The translations under genes and the position numbers were made by a program. Source: an uncultured Collinsella sp. (GTDB lineage: Bacteria; Actinomycetota; Coriobacteriia; Coriobacteriales; Coriobacteriaceae). Taken from it: 64,000 bases of DNA. Shown here piece by piece: positions 39,271-49,194 of the stretch (position 1 is its first letter; every line of letters starts with the position of its first letter). Below the pieces are notes generated by a model, which worked only from the letters and a program-made list of their open reading frames with translations, was not told the origin of the DNA and made no database searches. Location: assembly GCA_937982065.1 (NCBI GenBank), contig CALJMO010000052.1, forward strand, positions 246,327 through 310,326, given 5' to 3'.

Positions 39271-40737
39271 TTAGAAACCCTGACCGTAGCCTTGACCCTG
39301 GCCCTGGCCCTGCTGGCCCAACAGCTCCTCCAGATACTGGCGCAGCTGCTCATCGGTAATACCGCCGTTGCCGGTGTCGGTCGCGCTGTCGTCCTGCTGC
39401 TGGTTCTGCAGCTCCTCATCGGAGCCCAGCTCGACGGTGACCTTCTTCTCTTCCTTGCCGCGCACGAGCGTGATCTCGACCTTCTCGCCCACCTCGTGGC
39501 TGCGCAGTGCGATGATCAGGCCATCGGCGCTCGTGATCTCGTCATCGCCCAGCTTGGTGATGACGTCGCCCTCCTGAATGCCGGCCTTGGCAGCAGGACC
39601 GTCCTCGACGACACTTGCCACATACGCGCCGCTATCGGTGCTCAGCTTGTTAGTGCGGGCGTTAAGCGCATTGACGCTCGAAAGCGTAGCGCCCATGTAC
39701 GGATGCACCGGCGTCTTGCCGTCGATAATCTGGTCGGCAATGTTCTTGGCGTAGTTGACCGGAATGGCAAAACCCACGCCCGAGCTGGAGCCCGAGTAGC
39801 TCTCGATGAGCGAGTTGATACCCACCAGCTCGCCATTGTCGTTGACGAGCGCGCCGCCGGAGTTGCCCGGGTTGATGGCGGCATCGGTCTGGATCATGTT
39901 GGCATAGATGGTGTTACCGCTGGTAGAGCTCATGGCCGTGGAGCGGTAGAGCGCCGACACAATGCCCGTGGAGACAGACTGCTCGTTGCCGAACGGCGAG
40001 CCGATCGCCATAACCCACTCGCCCACGTTGAGCTTGGAGGAGTCGCCGATCTCGATCGGCGTGAGCTTGGAGGCGTCGGCGTCCTTGAGCTTAATGACGG
40101 CGAGGTCGCTCGAAGCATCGTTGCCCACGAACTCGGCCTCATAGGTGGTGCCGTCGTCCATGGTCACCACGTACTGGTCGTAACCATCGACCACGTGGTT
40201 GTTGGTGAGGATGTGGCCCTCGGTATCGAGCACCACGCCCGAGCCGACGCTGCCCGAGCTGTCCGACTCATCAGCAGACTGCGAGAGCGAGCCATTCTGG
40301 CTGCCGCTCGAAGTGGCGGTGATGGAAACCACGGAGGGCAACGCCTTGGCAGAAACGGCCTCGGCCAGCGTAGTATCCTCGGAGTCAATGGTGATCTTTT
40401 GCGTCGACGAACCCGAAGCACCCGCCGTCACGGCGTTCTTGCCGCCGCCGATATCGAGCGTGCCACTCATGATAAGCGCAATGACCAGCAGAGCTCCGCA
40501 GGCACAACCGGCGAGCGCCGTAATAAAGATCGGCAGCTTTTTGGTCTTGGTCTTGACCACTGTGTGCTTGTTTACAACCTGCTGGCCGCCCAGCGGCTGG
40601 CCGGTCTGCGTGTCGTAAGCCTGCACGTAGGGAATGTTGCTGCCGGCAGGCGTCGACTCCACCTGCACACGCGGCTGCTGCTGGGTCTCGCCGGCGTGAC
40701 CCGCATCCTGGGGGCGCTGGGAATCGTTCTCGCTCAT
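39271..40737 (-). CDS. htrA: HtrA/DegP-family trypsin-like serine protease with PDZ domain
   Basis: TM anchor, catalytic 'GNSGGAL', C-terminal PDZ, Q/G-rich tail. Confidence 0.85.
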   Translation of the reverse strand: MSENDSQRPQDAGHAGETQQQPRVQVESTPAGSNIPYVQAYDTQTGQPLGGQQVVNKHTVVKTKTKKLPIFITALAGCACGALLVIALIMSGTLDIGGGKNAVTAGASGSSTQKITIDSEDTTLAEAVSAKALPSVVSITATSSGSQNGSLSQSADESDSSGSVGSGVVLDTEGHILTNNHVVDGYDQYVVTMDDGTTYEAEFVGNDASSDLAVIKLKDADASKLTPIEIGDSSKLNVGEWVMAIGSPFGNEQSVSTGIVSALYRSTAMSSTSGNTIYANMIQTDAAINPGNSGGALVNDNGELVGINSLIESYSGSSSGVGFAIPVNYAKNIADQIIDGKTPVHPYMGATLSSVNALNARTNKLSTDSGAYVASVVEDGPAAKAGIQEGDVITKLGDDEITSADGLIIALRSHEVGEKVEITLVRGKEEKKVTVELGSDEELQNQQQDDSATDTGNGGITDEQLRQYLEELLGQQGQGQGQGYGQGF

Positions 40738-40907
40738 GGCTGCGATCCTTTCGTCAAATAACCAAAGGCCCGCCAAACATGTGGCGGGCCATCATTGTTC
40801 ACGTTGAGTTGTACCCCAATATGCGGGCGAACGTGTATGAGAACGCAATCTTTTAGGAAGGCTTAAGTTCTGCTGCAGATTCGAGAGGAACCCGCACCTG
40901 CGTCAAG

Positions 40908-40940
40908 ACCACCACAAAGGTGCCTGTCCCCTTTGTGGTG
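40908..40940. repeat. REP family A hairpin
   Basis: Exact copy of 26741-26773. Confidence 0.75.
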
Positions 40941-40945
40941 GAAAT

Positions 40946-41608
40946 CTAGTCCTTAAACAGATAGCCCACGCCGCGGACGGTGGTGATGTGTGCCGCGATC
41001 TGCGGGCCCACCTTGGAGCGGATGCGTCGGATGTGCACGTCGACGGTGCGCGTGCCGCCGCAGTACTCAAAGCCCCACACGCGGTGCAGCAGCACCTCGC
41101 GGCTGTAAGCACGGTTGGGGTGCGTTGCCAAAAAGCTCAGCAGCGAGTACTCCATCAGCGTCAGGTCGATGGGCTCGTTATCGAGTGTCACCTGGTAGGT
41201 GGCCAGGTTGATCTCGAGGTTATCGATATTGAGCACATCGTCGGCGGCGACGGTCTCCTCCTCGCCCATCAGGCGCTGCGCACGAGCCTTGAGCTCGTTG
41301 GGCGTCGCCGTGGGGCATACAAAGTCGGCATGCGCGTGATTCGGCAGGCGCAGGGTGCCAAGGGCCTCATCGTCGACGATCACCAGCATGGGGACGCCGC
41401 CACGATCGTCAAGCCACTTGGCAATCTGATCGATGCGGTCGCTGCGAATGCCGTCGGAATCGAGGATCAGCAGGTCAAAGTCGTGCGCCGCAGTCGGCGA
41501 ATCGGGGGTTGCCAGGCTCACCTCGACACCCAGGGTGGTCGTCAAGCTGCGGGCAAACTCGTGGAAGCGCGTCGTGCGCGCCATGAACAGGGCACTCTTT
41601 TCGGACAT
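40946..41608 (-). CDS. glnR: OmpR-family response regulator, GlnR-like (orphan; immediately downstream of glnA)
   Basis: C-terminal winged helix (…LLHRVWGFEYCGGTRTVDVHIRRIRSKV…); receiver-like N-domain; RBS GGAGG. Confidence 0.6.
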   Translation of the reverse strand: MSEKSALFMARTTRFHEFARSLTTTLGVEVSLATPDSPTAAHDFDLLILDSDGIRSDRIDQIAKWLDDRGGVPMLVIVDDEALGTLRLPNHAHADFVCPTATPNELKARAQRLMGEEETVAADDVLNIDNLEINLATYQVTLDNEPIDLTLMEYSLLSFLATHPNRAYSREVLLHRVWGFEYCGGTRTVDVHIRRIRSKVGPQIAAHITTVRGVGYLFKD

Positions 41609-41658
41609 ATCGGCCTCCAAAGAAATGAGCTCAATCGTACTGGAACAAGCCAGCGCGA

Positions 41659-42996
41659 TTAGGAGTTCGCCAGGTAGTGCTTGATCTCCCACTCGGTGAT
41701 CGTAGACTCAAACTTATGCCACTCGTTGCGCTTCTTTTTGAGGAAGAAGCTGTGGATGTGCTCGCCGAGGGCATCCTTCATAAACTGCGAGTCCTCAAAC
41801 ACGTCGAGCGCCTCTTTGAGCGAGCGCGGCAGCGGCGTGTAGCCGGCCTCGAGCATCTGACGGTCGGTAAGCTTGAGCGTCTCGGCCGTTGCCTCGGGCG
41901 GGAGTTCTAGCTTGCGCTCGATGCCGTCGAGACCAGCCGCCAGCGTGACGGCGTTGACCAGGTACGGGTTGGCCATGGGGTCGGGACTGCGCAGCTCGAT
42001 GCGCGTGGACAGCTGCTTGCCAGGCTTGTAGACCGGAATGCGGACCATGCTCGCGCGGTTGCGCAGGCCCCACGTGGCGTACTGCGGTACGGAGTCGCCA
42101 CCCGTGGTGATGCGCTTGTACGAGTTGACCGTGGGGTTGGTGATGGCGCTGATCTCGCGCGCGTGCGCCAGGATACCGGCCATGTAGTGTTTGGCGATGT
42201 CGGAGAGATGGTACTTCTCGTCGTCCTCGCCCCAAAAGACGTTGTTGCCGTCGTGGTCGAATAGCGACTGGCACAGGAACATAGCACTGCCGTCCTCGCC
42301 TGCCAACGGCTTGGGCATAAAGGAGGCGTGGCAACCGCTCTCGTAGGCCTGCTGCTTAATGATGAGTTTGGCCGTGGTGATGGCGTCGGACATGCTCAGG
42401 GCCTCGGCGTGGCGCAGGCTCATGCCGTGCTGCGAGCGGCCGGCGGCATGGAAGGTGTACTCCACGGGCACGGACATCTTCTCGAGCGTGAGGACCGTGT
42501 TGCGGCGCAGGTCGCGAGCGGCATCGCTTACCGAAAGATCGAAGTAGCCCACGTTGTCGAGCGGCTCGGGGGTATGCTCGTCGGGGAAGTAGTAATACTC
42601 CAGCTCGGCGCCCACGTTGAGCAGGTAGCCGGCCTTCTCGGCCTTATAGAACATGCGGCGCAGGGCGTCGCGCGGGTCGCCGGCAAACGGCTTGCGATCG
42701 GGAGTGCACACGTCGCAGAACACGCGGGCGACGCCGTTGTGGCTCGGGCGCCACGGCAGAATCTGGAAGGTCGAAGCATCGGGAAACGCCAGCATGTCGG
42801 CTTCCTCGGGCGTGGCAAAGCCCTCGATGGCGGAGCCGTCAAAGCCAATACCCTCCTCAAAAGCGACTTCGAGGTCCTCGGGGCTAATGGCAAAGTTCTT
42901 GAGGCGGCCGAGAATGTCGACAAACCACAGACGCACAAAGCGGATGTCACGCTGCTCTACGGAGCGGAGTACGTAATCGATGTTCTGCTGGTTCAT
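41659..42996 (-). CDS. glnA: Glutamine synthetase type I
   Basis: GS beta-grasp and catalytic regions. Confidence 0.9.
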   Translation of the reverse strand: MNQQNIDYVLRSVEQRDIRFVRLWFVDILGRLKNFAISPEDLEVAFEEGIGFDGSAIEGFATPEEADMLAFPDASTFQILPWRPSHNGVARVFCDVCTPDRKPFAGDPRDALRRMFYKAEKAGYLLNVGAELEYYYFPDEHTPEPLDNVGYFDLSVSDAARDLRRNTVLTLEKMSVPVEYTFHAAGRSQHGMSLRHAEALSMSDAITTAKLIIKQQAYESGCHASFMPKPLAGEDGSAMFLCQSLFDHDGNNVFWGEDDEKYHLSDIAKHYMAGILAHAREISAITNPTVNSYKRITTGGDSVPQYATWGLRNRASMVRIPVYKPGKQLSTRIELRSPDPMANPYLVNAVTLAAGLDGIERKLELPPEATAETLKLTDRQMLEAGYTPLPRSLKEALDVFEDSQFMKDALGEHIHSFFLKKKRNEWHKFESTITEWEIKHYLANS

Positions 42997-43061
42997 GTCG
43001 CTCCCCTTTCTTTCGGGCGGGTTTCGACTGGTCTATATCGCAGATACTATCGCAGAAAAAT

Positions 43062-43077
43062 GTTTCCGCAGGGTTAA
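43062..43077 (-). promoter_or_regulatory. GlnR-box-like site TTAAC-n6-GAAAC in the glnA promoter
   Basis: Matches the actinobacterial GlnR consensus gTnAc-n6-GaAAc; adjacent TATCGCAGA direct repeats. Confidence 0.3.
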
Positions 43078-43130
43078 AGCGTATCAAGCGCTCAAAAAAC
43101 GTGTGCGAACAGGCAGTTGCGAACGAGCGG

Positions 43131-44153
43131 CTAGCGCGAGGTCGATGCGCGGTGTTCGATGTGGCCGGGGATCTCGATGCGTTTAGGCGCCAGCTTCGCG
43201 GCCTCGCCCACGGTGGTGGTAACGACGTCGATGCGCTCGGACAGGCGCTCGACTACGCGCTCGGCAATGGTGATGGTGTCTTGCGCTGCCGTGGTCACAC
43301 CGCCAAAGAGCACATGGTTCCAGGGGTAGTCGTCAAACGTCGCGATCTTGAGGCCAGCCGGCAATGAGGGTCCCAGCTGTGCTAGCGCCTCGGTCAGACG
43401 CAGGAAAACCAGGCCGTTGACGGCGATGAGGCCGAGCCTTTTGCCCGCATAGCCGCGGATGGTCTCGTCCAAGCGGCCAACGCCAGTGGCACCGCCATCG
43501 GCCAAGGTGACAACCTCGCAGGCAAGGCCGCGTCGCGACAGCTCGTCGGTAAAGGCCTCGGCGCGCTTGCGACGCACGGGGCTGTCGTCGCTTGCCTCGG
43601 TGAGCAGGCACAGGCGCTCGCTGCCAGCGGCGGTCAAGGCGTCTACCAGGCCGGCGACCAGCTCACGGTTGTTAGATGTCACCAGATCGACACCGCCGTC
43701 GGCAACGTCGCGGTCGAGCAGCACAACGGGCAGGCGCCCCGCGGCCGCGGCGATCGCCTTGTCATTGCCTCCGCAGGTGTTGACGACCAGGCCGTCCACG
43801 CCGGCATCGATAAGTCTCGTGAGCGACTCCGCTTCCTTTGCGGGATCGTTGCCGCTAATGGCCGTCATAAGCGAGCAGCCGCGCGCGGCGGCGCTGGCGG
43901 AAAGCCCTTCGAGCATGGCGCTCGAGAACGGGTTGGCGATGTCGGCCAGAATCACGCCGATGAGGTTGGTGCGCGAGCTGCGCAGATTGCGCGCAGCGGC
44001 ACGCGGGCGATAGCCGGTGCGCTCGATAACCGCCGCGATGCGAGCACGGGTCTCCTCGGTCATCTGCCCGGGGCGGTTGTTGAGATAGCGCGAGACCGTG
44101 GCCGGGCTCACGCCCGCCTCGGCGGCAATGTCCTTGATTCTCATCTGCGCCAT
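43131..44153 (-). CDS. LacI-family transcriptional regulator
   Basis: N-terminal HTH 'IKDIAAEAGVSPATVSRYLN'; periplasmic-binding-fold C-domain. Confidence 0.85.
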   Translation of the reverse strand: MAQMRIKDIAAEAGVSPATVSRYLNNRPGQMTEETRARIAAVIERTGYRPRAAARNLRSSRTNLIGVILADIANPFSSAMLEGLSASAAARGCSLMTAISGNDPAKEAESLTRLIDAGVDGLVVNTCGGNDKAIAAAAGRLPVVLLDRDVADGGVDLVTSNNRELVAGLVDALTAAGSERLCLLTEASDDSPVRRKRAEAFTDELSRRGLACEVVTLADGGATGVGRLDETIRGYAGKRLGLIAVNGLVFLRLTEALAQLGPSLPAGLKIATFDDYPWNHVLFGGVTTAAQDTITIAERVVERLSERIDVVTTTVGEAAKLAPKRIEIPGHIEHRASTSR

Positions 44154-44278
44154 AGCGCACCCCGTTTCCCAATTGTCGGCGGTCTGAGTCATTTTAGGCA
44201 TTTTTTTAAAAATCTCGGTTGCAAAACGCTGTAGGTAAGCAGCGTCATTTTTACGTCTCGAGCAGATACGATGATGGG

Positions 44279-44971
44279 CTAGATAGACGAGTCTTTAAGC
44301 AGCTCAAAGTAGTCGGGATGCAAGGCGATAACCGGGCCCTGCTCCTCGGGCATCAGGTGCAAGTGCGTCTCTGCCAGATAGCTCGCCGCATCGGTATCGC
44401 CCCTCTTAATTGCCTCGAGAATCCGGCGATGCTGCCGACGAATCGGCTCCCAATCCAGGTCCTGCGACACCATACGCAACCAGTTGTATCGCTCAAAATG
44501 TGTGTTGACGCTCTTCATCCAATCCCACAACATGTGACGGCCGGCAATCTCAAAACACGTCTCATGGAACAGGTTGTCCAGATCGAAAAAGCGACGCGTT
44601 TCGCTATGGTCGAGCGACTCGGACTCGGCAAGAATCTGCTCGAGCCGCTGCTTTTGCTCGGGCGTAGCAGCCGAACAGCATTTAATAAGCACGCTTCTCT
44701 CGAGCTTCTCGCGCAAGAAACAGGCGTTCTCGGCGCGCTCCATGCTGATTTTTGAGACATAGGTGCCGCTTTTGGGACGCGTTTCCACCAGCTCCTGCTC
44801 ACGCAGGCGCACAAAGGACTCGCGAATGGGCGTGCGCCCGATTCCCGTCTCCTTTTCCAGACCAATCGCCGAAAGGCGCGTGCCGGGCTTGAGCTCGGCA
44901 TAGATAATCTTGGAGCGTAATGCGTTGTATGCCTGATCTTGCAGGCTCTGATAATGCTGGTGCTGTTCCAT
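44279..44971 (-). CDS. GntR-family (FadR/FCD subfamily) transcriptional regulator
   Basis: wHTH 'TRLSAIGLEKETGIGRTPIRE'; helical C-domain. Confidence 0.8.
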   Translation of the reverse strand: MEQHQHYQSLQDQAYNALRSKIIYAELKPGTRLSAIGLEKETGIGRTPIRESFVRLREQELVETRPKSGTYVSKISMERAENACFLREKLERSVLIKCCSAATPEQKQRLEQILAESESLDHSETRRFFDLDNLFHETCFEIAGRHMLWDWMKSVNTHFERYNWLRMVSQDLDWEPIRRQHRRILEAIKRGDTDAASYLAETHLHLMPEEQGPVIALHPDYFELLKDSSI

Positions 44972-45380
44972 AAAGCCCTCGGATAAACCCTCGGTTAGTC
45001 GAATACCACCATGCAATACTATCGCATCGACACGCCCCAGCTCCCAATCAGTCTTTTTGGGACGGGGCTCTTTTAGCTACCCTGGCCCGCAGATCGGCCC
45101 CCTTGCCACAAAAGTGGCCCATCTACTACGTTAACACGGACAGCCTCGGCCATACCGAAAACCGTGAAAACAAAACCGCAGGTAGGCAGCTTGTCGATTT
45201 TCGAAAAAGCCGGCTATGGTTGACCTCTGCGGCTTAAACGTAGTAGATAGGCCCTATTCGTGGCACAGCACCACTCCATCCCAAATTGGCACCCCGAGCC
45301 CTCGTGAGTTGCCAACAAGCTGTTCGACCAGCGCTTTATCCGCGCGGCATTTGGAAAATAGCACCACCGCAAAACCCGCG

Positions 45381-45450
45381 AGTAGCGCTTACTTTGCTAT
45401 ATCTCACTATATTTTGCTATATCTTGCTATACTTTGCTATATCTTGCTAT
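45381..45450. repeat. Seven tandem 10-bp units (aYYttgctat) = helical-phase iteron-like array, between the GntR gene and the AAA ATPase gene
   Basis: Read directly. Confidence 0.7.
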
Positions 45451-45472
45451 ATCTTGAGCAAAGGTGGCTCAC

Positions 45473-46564
45473 ATGCAAACAAACCCTTTTAAGCCCACAG
45501 CAGGTAAAACACCTCCCACGATTATCGGCCGCGAAGATGTACTTGAAGAATTCAGTGAAGGCCTCACCAACGGGCCTGGTGCCCCTGGGCGCCTAATGCG
45601 CATAGCCGGCGTCCGTGGAACGGGCAAGACGGTCCTCCTTGACGAGTGCTCACGTTTGGCGCAAAGCCGTGGCTGGACGGTCATAAAAGAGGTCGCAACC
45701 GAGGGACTTTGCCAGCGCATTCTCGAACAGCTGCAGCCCAAATTCCAGGCCAAACACGCCAGATTTGAGCCCACCGTAGCTGGCATATCCATCGGCAGCA
45801 TAGATATTGAGCGAATCGGCCCATCGCTACGCGACGCCATGAGACAGACAATATCCAAGAATGGAAATGGCCTGCTCATCACTCTCGACGAGGTTCAAGA
45901 CGCAGAGCTCGATGAGGTCCGAACGCTCTCCATTGCGATTCAGCAGGTTATCGGCGAAGACCTTGATATCGCCTTTGTTTTTGCTGGGCTGCCTTCGATG
46001 ATTGAAAGCATCATCAACGGAAAGACACTTACGTTTTTGCGTCGTGCCCTCCCCTTTGATCTGAAGGCTGTGGCAGTAACCGAAGTGTCGTACTCCCTCG
46101 AGGAAACCATTGAAGCGTCTGGCATGGAGTTGCAGCCAGGTATTGCCGGCCAACTTGCCGAGGCAACGCAAGGCTATCCTTTCATGATCCAACTCGTTGG
46201 ATACTACGCATGGCAGCTAGCAAGACGTGCACATACAGCGATTATTGGAGAAGAAGAAGCCGAGCGTGGCATTGCAACGGCACGCGAACGCTTCTGCGCC
46301 ATGGTGATTGAGCCCGCGCTGCAGCGCATTCCGCCCACGTGCATCGCTTATCTGCTGAGCATGGCGTCTTTGGGGCAGACGAGCTCGACCAGCATGGTTG
46401 CCGATGCCCTAAACAAAACGCCTCAACAGGTGAGCTCCGTCCGCAGCCGCCTGTTAAGAGAATCGATTATCGAGGCTCCTTCGTACGGCAAGGTCTCATT
46501 TGCCATCCCCTACATGCGCGACTACCTCTACGAGCACAAAGCCGAACTGGAAGTTGAACTGTAG
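45473..46564 (+). CDS. AAA ATPase of the archaeal-ATPase/ORC-like (AAA_16-type) family with a C-terminal wHTH; function unknown
   Basis: Walker A 'GVRGTGKT', Walker B 'LLITLDEVQD'; RBS AAGGTGG. Confidence 0.7.
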   Translation: MQTNPFKPTAGKTPPTIIGREDVLEEFSEGLTNGPGAPGRLMRIAGVRGTGKTVLLDECSRLAQSRGWTVIKEVATEGLCQRILEQLQPKFQAKHARFEPTVAGISIGSIDIERIGPSLRDAMRQTISKNGNGLLITLDEVQDAELDEVRTLSIAIQQVIGEDLDIAFVFAGLPSMIESIINGKTLTFLRRALPFDLKAVAVTEVSYSLEETIEASGMELQPGIAGQLAEATQGYPFMIQLVGYYAWQLARRAHTAIIGEEEAERGIATARERFCAMVIEPALQRIPPTCIAYLLSMASLGQTSSTSMVADALNKTPQQVSSVRSRLLRESIIEAPSYGKVSFAIPYMRDYLYEHKAELEVEL

Positions 46565-46692
46565 AAACGGCAACTGCCCTGCAAGACGAAAACCGTTCCA
46601 GGAGTACTTCTTTGCCAACGCCACCGACGAGGCCATCATCGCCAAGGTCAAGGAGCTCCTGGGCCCTAATCGGACTATCTGCGCCTTCCCGT

Positions 46693-46740
46693 CGAACGCA
46701 AGCGGCGGCTGCCCAACACACAGGGCAGCCGCCGCTTTTT
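46693..46740 (+). terminator. Rho-independent terminator (gcggcggctgccc…gggcagccgccgc + TTTTT)
   Basis: GC-rich hairpin plus T-tract; follows a short gene-remnant-like coding stretch at 46570-46690. Confidence 0.6.
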
Positions 46741-46766
46741 GCAATCGATTGGTGCAAAGGGGTTGA

Positions 46767-48716
46767 CTAGAGTTCGCAGGCAACCTTGTAGCCGTCGCCG
46801 ATGGCGTCGCGAATGTTGCCGCACTTGTTGGCGTCACCCAACACGTGGGTGGCAACACCGGCAGCGGCAAGGTCGTCGGCCAACTTGGTATTGGGACGAT
46901 AGCCCATGGCAAGCACCAGCGTATCGGCATCGGCGATGGTGTGGACCTCGCCATCCTTCTCGTAGCTGATGGCGTCCTCGGTAATCTCGGTCACCTTGGC
47001 CTCGGTCAGCACGTGAACGCCCTTTGAGAGCATGCGCGTGATGAGCACCGCGCGACCGGCGCCGCCCTCGTTGGCGGCGAGCGTCTTGGTCATCTCGATA
47101 ACGGTGACATCGCGATTGGCCGGCGACAAGTCGTTGACCAGCGGGGCCAGGTAATCTGCCGTCTCGCAGCCAACGGTGCCGCCGCCCACAATGACGATCT
47201 TCTTGCCCGGGAAAGCCTTGCCACCCAGCAGGTCGTCAGCCGTCATAACCTGCTTAAAGCCCTGCATGAAAGCCGGAGCGATGGGCTCGGCGCCATAAGC
47301 CAGGACAACCTCGTAGCCCGCGTAGTCACGCTGAATGTCCTCGGCAGTAAGCTCGGTGCCAAATATGCACTTCACGCCCGCCTCGGCCAGACGACGGTAC
47401 TGATACTTGATCACGCGGGTGAGCTCCTGCTTTGCCGGCGGAACGGCCGCGATGCGCATCTCGCCGCCCGGTTCGTCCTGCTTGTCCACGAGCACCACGT
47501 TGTGGCCGCGCTTGGCGGCAATGTAGGCTGCCTCCATGCCCGCAGGACCGGCGCCCACAACCAGTACGTTCTTGGCCTCGGCGGCAGGCTCGTAGCCGGC
47601 CTCGTCGCGCTCAACATCGGGGTTGACGGTGCAGGAGATGCGCTTGCCAAACATAATGCCGTTCAGGCAGCGCAGGCAGCCAATGCAGGGGCGGATGTCG
47701 TCGGCGTTGCCGGCAGCGGCCTTGTTGCAGAACTCGGCATCGCACAGATTGGCGCGGCCCATCATGCAGATGTCGGCAGCACCGTCCTCGATCAGCTCCT
47801 CGGCAATCCAGGCCTCGTTGATGCGGCCGACGGTGGCGACGGGAATGTTGACGTGCTTTTTAATCTCGCGCGAGCAGGCGGCATGCGAGGCCTGCTGCGT
47901 ACCGGCGGCGGGAATCGCGGAGCCGCGCTTGATGGTGGTACCGCCCGACACGTGAATCATGTCGACGCCGGCCTTCTCCAGGCGACGTGAGACGTAGATC
48001 ATGTCGTTGAGGGTCAGGCCGCCATCGGTGTACTCATCGCCCGAGATGCGAACGTCGATGATAAAGTCCTTGCCGCAGCGCTCGCGAATCTCGGCGATGA
48101 CCTCAAGCAAGAAGCGCATACGAGCGTCGAGCGAGCCGCCGTACTCATCGGTACGCTTGTTATAGAGCGGGGTCAAAAAGCCGCCGAGCATGCCGTGAGC
48201 GTGTGCCGCATGGACTTCAACGCCATCGACACCGGCCTTCTGCATACGCACGGCAGCGTCGCCAAACTGATGCGTGAGCTCGTGAATCTCATCGACCGTG
48301 ATAGGACGCGGTGCCTCGCGGGCATAGGACGGGCCCACAAAGGACGGAGCGATCAGGCGCGGCGTGCCCGGAATGTTAAAGGCCATGTAGGCGGGATGGA
48401 AGAGCTGCGGCATGATCTTGCAGCCATACTCGTGGACGGCCGCGGCGAGCTTTTCCCAGCCGGGGATAAACGTGTCGTCGTAGCAGCACATGTCACCCGG
48501 CAGATAGGTATAGGTGGGCTCGACCGTCACGACCTCGGTAATGATGAGGCCCACGCCGCCCTTGGCGCGGGCACGGTAATGATCGACCAAGTCGTCAGTC
48601 ACATAGCCATGATCGGCCAGGTTGGTGGACACCGGCGGCATAAAGACGCGGTTCTTGACCTCGGTCGTACCGACCTTGATCGGGCTAAAGAGCATTGGAT
48701 AGGCGGAGGACTCCAT
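46767..48716 (-). CDS. Two-domain flavoprotein: OYE-like FMN oxidoreductase with a [4Fe-4S] Cys motif, plus a FAD/NAD(P)-binding domain (2-enoate / 2,4-dienoyl-CoA reductase family)
   Basis: OYE TIM-barrel motifs, 'CIGCLRCLNG', Rossmann 'VVGAGPAGMEAA' and 'IVGGGTVGCE'. Confidence 0.85.
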   Translation of the reverse strand: MESSAYPMLFSPIKVGTTEVKNRVFMPPVSTNLADHGYVTDDLVDHYRARAKGGVGLIITEVVTVEPTYTYLPGDMCCYDDTFIPGWEKLAAAVHEYGCKIMPQLFHPAYMAFNIPGTPRLIAPSFVGPSYAREAPRPITVDEIHELTHQFGDAAVRMQKAGVDGVEVHAAHAHGMLGGFLTPLYNKRTDEYGGSLDARMRFLLEVIAEIRERCGKDFIIDVRISGDEYTDGGLTLNDMIYVSRRLEKAGVDMIHVSGGTTIKRGSAIPAAGTQQASHAACSREIKKHVNIPVATVGRINEAWIAEELIEDGAADICMMGRANLCDAEFCNKAAAGNADDIRPCIGCLRCLNGIMFGKRISCTVNPDVERDEAGYEPAAEAKNVLVVGAGPAGMEAAYIAAKRGHNVVLVDKQDEPGGEMRIAAVPPAKQELTRVIKYQYRRLAEAGVKCIFGTELTAEDIQRDYAGYEVVLAYGAEPIAPAFMQGFKQVMTADDLLGGKAFPGKKIVIVGGGTVGCETADYLAPLVNDLSPANRDVTVIEMTKTLAANEGGAGRAVLITRMLSKGVHVLTEAKVTEITEDAISYEKDGEVHTIADADTLVLAMGYRPNTKLADDLAAAGVATHVLGDANKCGNIRDAIGDGYKVACEL

Positions 48717-48818
48717 GCGGGATTCCTTTCATTTGAGCCGCTAGGCGGCAGTTGCTGACGTACCTATCGTACCAGCAACTGCCGTATCCGCAGTCAAACA
48801 TGCCCAAACGCCGGTCGG

Positions 48819-49019
48819 CTAATGAATACCGCGGCCCAAGTCTTCGGCGATTTTGTCCACGCCCTTAAGTGCGGCGCACGTCTTTTTGTTGGAGCAATGC
48901 CCCGTGCAAACGCCACCCTGAGCGCAGTCAGCGCAGGTGCCCTTGCGGTAGATGCGCACGCATACCGCGACAAACGCAATACCGATAACAGCCAGTACAA
49001 CAATATCGATAGGTGCCAT
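48819..49019 (-). CDS. FeoB-associated Cys-rich small membrane protein
   Basis: Single TM + 'CADCAQGGVCTGHCS' immediately downstream of feoB; RBS GAGGAGG. Confidence 0.7.
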   Translation of the reverse strand: MAPIDIVVLAVIGIAFVAVCVRIYRKGTCADCAQGGVCTGHCSNKKTCAALKGVDKIAEDLGRGIH

Positions 49020-49194
49020 AGCAAGCCTCCTCTAGTTAACCATCACTTACTTTACCCCATTCTCCACCTACCAAAAAGGGACAGGTTTGTTTTGGTCGGT
49101 TTTATCTGCGGAAACGCCACATCTCCCCCACCAAAAAGCCCGAGTGTCGCTGGGACACCCGGGCTCGTGGAAAGGGGTTAATCCTTATTCGGAC

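Noticed and set aside
46500-46766. 88-aa ORF overlapping the 3' end of the AAA ATPase gene
   Set aside because: It overlaps a confident gene in another frame. Only its last ~40 codons (46570-46690), plus a terminator, look like a gene remnant; this is noted in the findings, not called as a CDS.
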